A stretch of DNA of 48,598 bases from a virus (lineage: Duplodnaviria > Caudoviricetes). The stretch is from the IMG/VR virus record IMGVR_UViG_3300037419_002256, positions 1 through 48,598 of that record, one strand, 5' to 3'. This document shows, piece by piece, positions 44,510-48,598 of this stretch. The notes below the pieces were generated by a model, which was not told the origin of the DNA, made no database searches, and saw nothing but the letters and a program-made list of their open reading frames with translations. Position 1 is the stretch's first letter; each line of letters starts with the position of its first letter. Position numbers and translations under genes: made by a program.

Positions 44510-45405
44510 CGCGTACGACCGACCGAGCCCTGCTCCCACTTCCAGCGCGTCTGTGCAAAACCCTGCTCGATCCGCTTCGCCACGGCGTTCGGAAGCGCCC
44601 TTGTCAGGAAGAAGCCGAGGAACGGCTGGATGGTCGGCCGGAACGGCACGCGGACAGGATCGCCGCCGAGGCGCCAGGCGATCGGGTCGCCGAGCATCGA
44701 GAGAAGCCCGGCGTGCTGCGGGTTCGAGCCGAAACTGCCGAGCGAACCCCCGGCGAGCGCCGGCAGCATCTCGGGCGTGATGCGGCTCATGGCGGCGACG
44801 CGGATCGTGGCGATGCCGATCCTCGTCCCCGCGCTGCCGTAGGGCATGTTCAGGAGGCCGAACGACTGTTCGCCTTTCTCGAGGTCGGTGTGCTTGAGCA
44901 CGCTGACGGTGATGCCCCCGAACGCCGCGGTCCAGGTGCTTCCTGATCGAAGTGCGTCGAGGCGGCTCGGGGAGTGCAGCCGAAACCAATCGGTGCTTCC
45001 GCCGTGGCGAGCCCGCCACTTCAGATAGTAGGGGCTGCGCGGCGTCCAGCCCTCGCGGACCAAACCCCTCAGCGAGACGCTCTTCACCTGGAGGCCGAGC
45101 TCGCGCATCTCCTCGGACTCGGGGGCCACCGTTCCGAGCGCGCCCGTCGGCCCGGAGTTGCGTCCGGCAATGCCGACGACATGGGTCATGAGGAGCCGGG
45201 CCATGTGGTCGAGCTCGCGCTGGACGTCCGTCTGGATCTGGCTTTCAATATGGTCCCTGATCAGCCCGAGCGTGCTGTTCCCGTACTGGACCGCCACCTG
45301 CTGCACGAGCACGCGCGAGAAGTTGCCGAAGTGCTTGCCCCCCGGTTCGACCGACGCCTTGCCGGTTTGCTGGTTGAACCTGAACCGAATTCTTAACGTG
45401 GACAT
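44506..45405 (-). CDS. Hypothetical basic protein in the neck/tail-completion region
   Basis: WTPRSPYYLKWR and PFRPTIQPFL resemble virion morphogenesis proteins; position. Confidence 0.55.
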   Translation of the reverse strand: MSTLRIRFRFNQQTGKASVEPGGKHFGNFSRVLVQQVAVQYGNSTLGLIRDHIESQIQTDVQRELDHMARLLMTHVVGIAGRNSGPTGALGTVAPESEEMRELGLQVKSVSLRGLVREGWTPRSPYYLKWRARHGGSTDWFRLHSPSRLDALRSGSTWTAAFGGITVSVLKHTDLEKGEQSFGLLNMPYGSAGTRIGIATIRVAAMSRITPEMLPALAGGSLGSFGSNPQHAGLLSMLGDPIAWRLGGDPVRVPFRPTIQPFLGFFLTRALPNAVAKRIEQGFAQTRWKWEQGSVGRTR

Positions 45406-45434
45406 GGGGACTCCGCGGGGTCACCGCCTCTCAA

Positions 45435-45878
45435 ATGGCGAAGCTCTACAGCACGGTCTATAAGTCGGTTCTCCGCGCGGTGAACGACCTGATCAATGAA
45501 ATTCAGTCCACCACCGGCAAGTTTCCGGACCTCGCCTACTGGTCGTGGGAGGATCGCTTCGACGAAGAGACCATGCCGCGGGTGCCGCTGATCGGCGTCA
45601 ACGGCTTCTCCTTCGACGAGAACTTGGGCCAGTGGACCATCCGCTTCGGCCTGACCATCTCGACTGTCGACGACGCGAACCTGCTCGACGAAGCCGACAT
45701 GATCGACGTCATCTTCGATGCCTTCGGAGAGAAGAAGAAGATCCCGCTGCTCGATCCCGGCGACGGGACACAGACCAACGAGCTGGTCTCGGTCCATTGC
45801 GAGGTGCTGCCGATGGCCAAGACGGCCCTTCGGAATTATCGCTCAATTGGAATTGAGCTGCTCCGGACTGGGACCTGA
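45435..45878 (+). CDS. Probable structural protein (tail terminator-like) on the opposite strand
   Basis: 147 aa, acidic, good codon usage; fills a gap that has no convincing - strand gene. Confidence 0.55.
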   Translation: MAKLYSTVYKSVLRAVNDLINEIQSTTGKFPDLAYWSWEDRFDEETMPRVPLIGVNGFSFDENLGQWTIRFGLTISTVDDANLLDEADMIDVIFDAFGEKKKIPLLDPGDGTQTNELVSVHCEVLPMAKTALRNYRSIGIELLRTGT

Positions 45879-46217
45879 GCAACCCCTGAGCTGGGCGGCG
45901 CCGTCTGCCAGTGCCGTGTTTAGCTCGTCGAGGTTTCGCTCCGTCGCCATCAGATAACCGACATCGACGAGGACGCCGTTCTCGACGACAACCCCGTCGC
46001 TCGTGCCCCACATCCAGCGGTCCCTGGAGTAGTAAGCGAACGGCCGGAAGCCGTCGTATCCGCCGGCCCGGTTGGGGCGGTTGATCCGGCCGCAGACGAC
46101 GCCGTCGCCTTCGCGAACGTCGCTGAACTGCACAGCTGAGGGATTGGGCGTCTGGCTGGCCAGAACTTGCTCGGCCTCTGCAACGAGGGAGGCCGCTGCC
46201 AATAGCGCGAACATCAT
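45843..46217 (-). CDS. Exported hypothetical protein
   Basis: Signal-like MMFALLAAASL; PSAVQF...VCGRINRPNRAGGYDGFRPF pattern seen in phage accessory exported proteins. Confidence 0.6.
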   Translation of the reverse strand: MMFALLAAASLVAEAEQVLASQTPNPSAVQFSDVREGDGVVCGRINRPNRAGGYDGFRPFAYYSRDRWMWGTSDGVVVENGVLVDVGYLMATERNLDELNTALADGAAQLRGCSGPSPEQLNSN

Positions 46218-46228
46218 GACCCCGGCTA

Positions 46229-46930
46229 TTAACCGGTTTGGTCGTTTCCTACAATCGGGTCGTTGCGAACGGCCGTCACGAAGATCAAGCCGTAGTTGGC
46301 CGACGGGTCGTAAGTGGGGTCCACGGCGAGGGCACCGTTCTGGACGTAGAGCTCGAGCTGAGCGCGAAGCTGATCCCAGTCGACCTTGCCCCGCTGGTAC
46401 TGATTGGTGCCCGAGCTCTCCTTCGAGGCCAGGCTGACCTGCAGGGGCGGAAGGATCGGAAGCGCGGCGAGCGCCTCGATCGCGTCGCAAGCGAGCTGCG
46501 CCGTGTAGCCGGTTGCCGCGGCGAGCTCGGCGGCTCCGACAAGCTCCTGGAAAGCTTGGTAGGCGGTTGCCAGGTCGATACTGTCGTCGTCGAGCTCTTC
46601 GTCCTCAAGCCCGAGCTTGCGGCGGACGCCCTGCTCGGACACGCCGAACGGAAGGAAGATCTCGAGCCGGTAGCGGTGACGCCCGTTGTGGAGCACAGCG
46701 CCCACCGTGTAGCTCCACTGGAGCTCGCGAGGGCTCGACACTGCACCAGCTTCGATGGTGTTCTGGGCGCCCGTCAAGGCAATGATCGCGGACACGCTGT
46801 CCACGGCCGGCGTGACCGCGCCGCTCGCTACGGTTGTGCCCGTTCCGTCGAGCAGCTCCCAGGTGATGTCACCGTCCGGGAAACCGTCCGAGAATAGAAC
46901 CGGCTGGGTGAGCGGCAGGCCTGAGCGCAT
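46229..46930 (-). CDS. Probable head-tail adaptor
   Basis: Downstream of the capsid gene; VRRKLGL...ELDDDSIDL helical adaptor-like region. Confidence 0.5.
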   Translation of the reverse strand: MRSGLPLTQPVLFSDGFPDGDITWELLDGTGTTVASGAVTPAVDSVSAIIALTGAQNTIEAGAVSSPRELQWSYTVGAVLHNGRHRYRLEIFLPFGVSEQGVRRKLGLEDEELDDDSIDLATAYQAFQELVGAAELAAATGYTAQLACDAIEALAALPILPPLQVSLASKESSGTNQYQRGKVDWDQLRAQLELYVQNGALAVDPTYDPSANYGLIFVTAVRNDPIVGNDQTG

Positions 46931-47202
46931 TACTTATTGCGCTGCCGACGCGGCTTGGGGGCCTCCTCGGCGACGGTCTCCGTCTTGGACTCGGGTTCCG
47001 CTTCGGTCGCGGGCTGGGTCTCCTCAGCCTCGGCCTCCGGCTTCGGCAGGTCGCCCTCGAGGACGCGGAGTTGGCCCGCGTCGATGCGCTCCTGGATGAA
47101 GGGGTTGAGTTCGACCTCGGCCGGCTGATCGTGCGGGATGAGGGTGCGGGTCAGGCGGTCCATCAGCATGAACGAGCCCGTGGTTTCGACGAGTATCTTC
47201 AT
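46930..47202 (-). CDS. Small capsid-adjacent protein
   Basis: Short beta domain plus acidic low-complexity tail and basic end, typical of genes after the MCP. Confidence 0.6.
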   Translation of the reverse strand: MKILVETTGSFMLMDRLTRTLIPHDQPAEVELNPFIQERIDAGQLRVLEGDLPKPEAEAEETQPATEAEPESKTETVAEEAPKPRRQRNK

Positions 47203-47246
47203 GCTCGTCGCCTAAGCTCGGCATCGGCCAGGGCACTAGGTCGAGC

Positions 47247-47256
47247 TGTGGATTAG
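47247..47256 (-). promoter_or_regulatory. Late motif CTAATCCACA, copy after the capsid terminator
   Basis: Exact 10-mer, 44 nt before the ATG at 47202. Confidence 0.75.
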
Positions 47257-47258
47257 GC

Positions 47259-47292
47259 AAAAGAAAAGCCCCGGACCTTTCGGCCCGGGGCT
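47259..47292 (-). terminator. Rho-independent terminator after the major capsid gene
   Basis: AGCCCCGGGCC-GAAA-GGTCCGGGGCT followed by TTTCTTTT. Confidence 0.85.
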
Positions 47293-47315
47293 CTCTTTGG
47301 TCAGGTCAGGCTGAC

Positions 47316-48524
47316 TTAGCCAGCCGGGACCGCGTCGAGGTTGAGGATGCTGCGCGTGTCGGCGAAGACCAGGCGGTAGCCGTGGTTGACCGTCTTCACG
47401 AAGCGAACCTTCTGGTTCTCGAGCGAGCGGATGGACTCCTCGATGTCCGAACCGTTCTCCTTGAGCTCCTCGACGGTCTCGCCCTTGATGATGCCGATCA
47501 GCTTCGCGGCCGGAGCGGCCGAGCTGACTGCAAACTTCACGTTGGACGAGAAGCGCGGGTTCTCGATCGCGGTCTGGACGCCGGCCTTGGCGAGGATGTC
47601 GACGAGCGTCGGACCTTGGGCGGTCGTCGGCTTCGCGAACATGCGCTCCCACTCGAACGCCATGTCCCAGTTACCGATCACGGTGTCGACCGGGGTGCCC
47701 GCCTGAGCGCGGCTGATGAGCCACTTCAGGAAGATTTCCCAGTCCAGCCGGCCGGCCGAGACGGCCGCGTTGTCGACGATCGCAGCGCCGAGGTCGGAAG
47801 CGTTCACGACCGGAGCGGCGGGGTTCACGCCGTCGCCGTTGACGAGCAGGTCGGTGACGATCGCGACCTGGCCGATCTGCGCCTCGCGCGCGACGCGGTT
47901 CGCGTACGGAGTCACGACGTCGAGGCTGACGCGACGCTCGAATTCGTAGGTGAACTCATAGCCACCGCCGAACTTGTGGAACGTCACCGACTTGCTGTCG
48001 GTCTTCAGCGTGCGGATCGGGATCCGCGCGCCCTCGGCGATGACGCCAGTCTGCTGGTAGTCAGCTTCCTTGTCGTCGATCACGCGGGTGATCAGCTCCA
48101 CCGAGCTCGTGCCGCGGCTGTTCGCGAGCATCGGAACGACACTCTCGATCTGGTCCTGGCGGTAATTCCACTGGACCATGTCCTCGATCACCTCCGGGAA
48201 GAAGGCGCGAGTGCCGGGCTTGAACTGGAACGTCTCCGACGCCGCCTGGAGCAGAACGCCCTGGTCGATGTCGTCGCGCGCCGGCAGGCCGAGGTACGCA
48301 AGAGCGCACTCGTAGCCGTTGAGGCCCGCACCCTTGTAGGCGCCCTGCTCGGGGTCGATGGCGAGGCGGCAATAGTCGCGGACCGTCAGGCCGGCGTTCT
48401 TCGCAGCCGCGACGAGCTTCTGGCCCGCAGCGGTGCTCGCGGCCGGATTGTCGTCCAAAAAGCCCGCGAGGACAACGTCGACAGGCCGACGATTGCGGGC
48501 GATCTCAAGCAAAAGGGGATTCAT
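47316..48524 (-). CDS. Major capsid protein (HK97 fold)
   Basis: 402 aa; IAEGARIP, KFGGGYEFTYE, LLVNGDG; followed by a strong terminator. Confidence 0.85.
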   Translation of the reverse strand: MNPLLLEIARNRRPVDVVLAGFLDDNPAASTAAGQKLVAAAKNAGLTVRDYCRLAIDPEQGAYKGAGLNGYECALAYLGLPARDDIDQGVLLQAASETFQFKPGTRAFFPEVIEDMVQWNYRQDQIESVVPMLANSRGTSSVELITRVIDDKEADYQQTGVIAEGARIPIRTLKTDSKSVTFHKFGGGYEFTYEFERRVSLDVVTPYANRVAREAQIGQVAIVTDLLVNGDGVNPAAPVVNASDLGAAIVDNAAVSAGRLDWEIFLKWLISRAQAGTPVDTVIGNWDMAFEWERMFAKPTTAQGPTLVDILAKAGVQTAIENPRFSSNVKFAVSSAAPAAKLIGIIKGETVEELKENGSDIEESIRSLENQKVRFVKTVNHGYRLVFADTRSILNLDAVPAG

Positions 48525-48542
48525 CGGTCTGGGGCCTTTCCG

Positions 48543-48598
48543 TTACAGAGACTCGACGACGACAAAGTCGGTGCCGACTTCGACGACGAGGTTGGTGA
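48543..48598 (-). CDS. Partial gene (3' end), probable head decoration protein
   Basis: ...TNLVVEVGTDFVVVESL* immediately upstream of the MCP. Confidence 0.45.
   Translation of the reverse strand, partial: TNLVVEVGTDFVVVESL

Overview
This is a partial genome (both ends fall inside genes; no terminase, portal or primase seen) of a high-GC, temperate, siphovirus-like tailed phage, most likely infecting an alphaproteobacterium (GapR homolog, tRNA-type attP). The + strand (1-22.5 kb and 24.9-29.4 kb) carries DNA metabolism genes: ATP-dependent ligase, gp88-like protein, class II RNR, HD hydrolase, three MazG-like proteins, SF2 helicase, 5'-3' exonuclease, PolA, resolvase, SbcD/SbcC, GapR, Xis/integrase, ThyA and dNMP kinase. 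The - strand carries the lysis cassette (22.7-24.8 kb) and the virion module (29.4-48.6 kb). An intact attP (3' end of a tRNA plus arm repeats) follows the integrase. The most notable observation is that five exact copies of a DnaA-box-like 10-mer (CTAATCCACA on the coding strand) each lie 44-45 nt upstream of a late-module start codon, while the phage also encodes a stand-alone DnaA domain IV protein. This suggests a DnaA-derived late-transcription switch. Other highlights: a second, palindromic motif (AGTGAC-N3-GTCACT) at about 8 gene junctions of the replication modules, a DfrB/R67-like domain that may partner ThyA, and a membrane-anchored LapG/BTLCP-like protease at the end of the lysis cassette. 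All family assignments are by eye from motifs; no searches were run.
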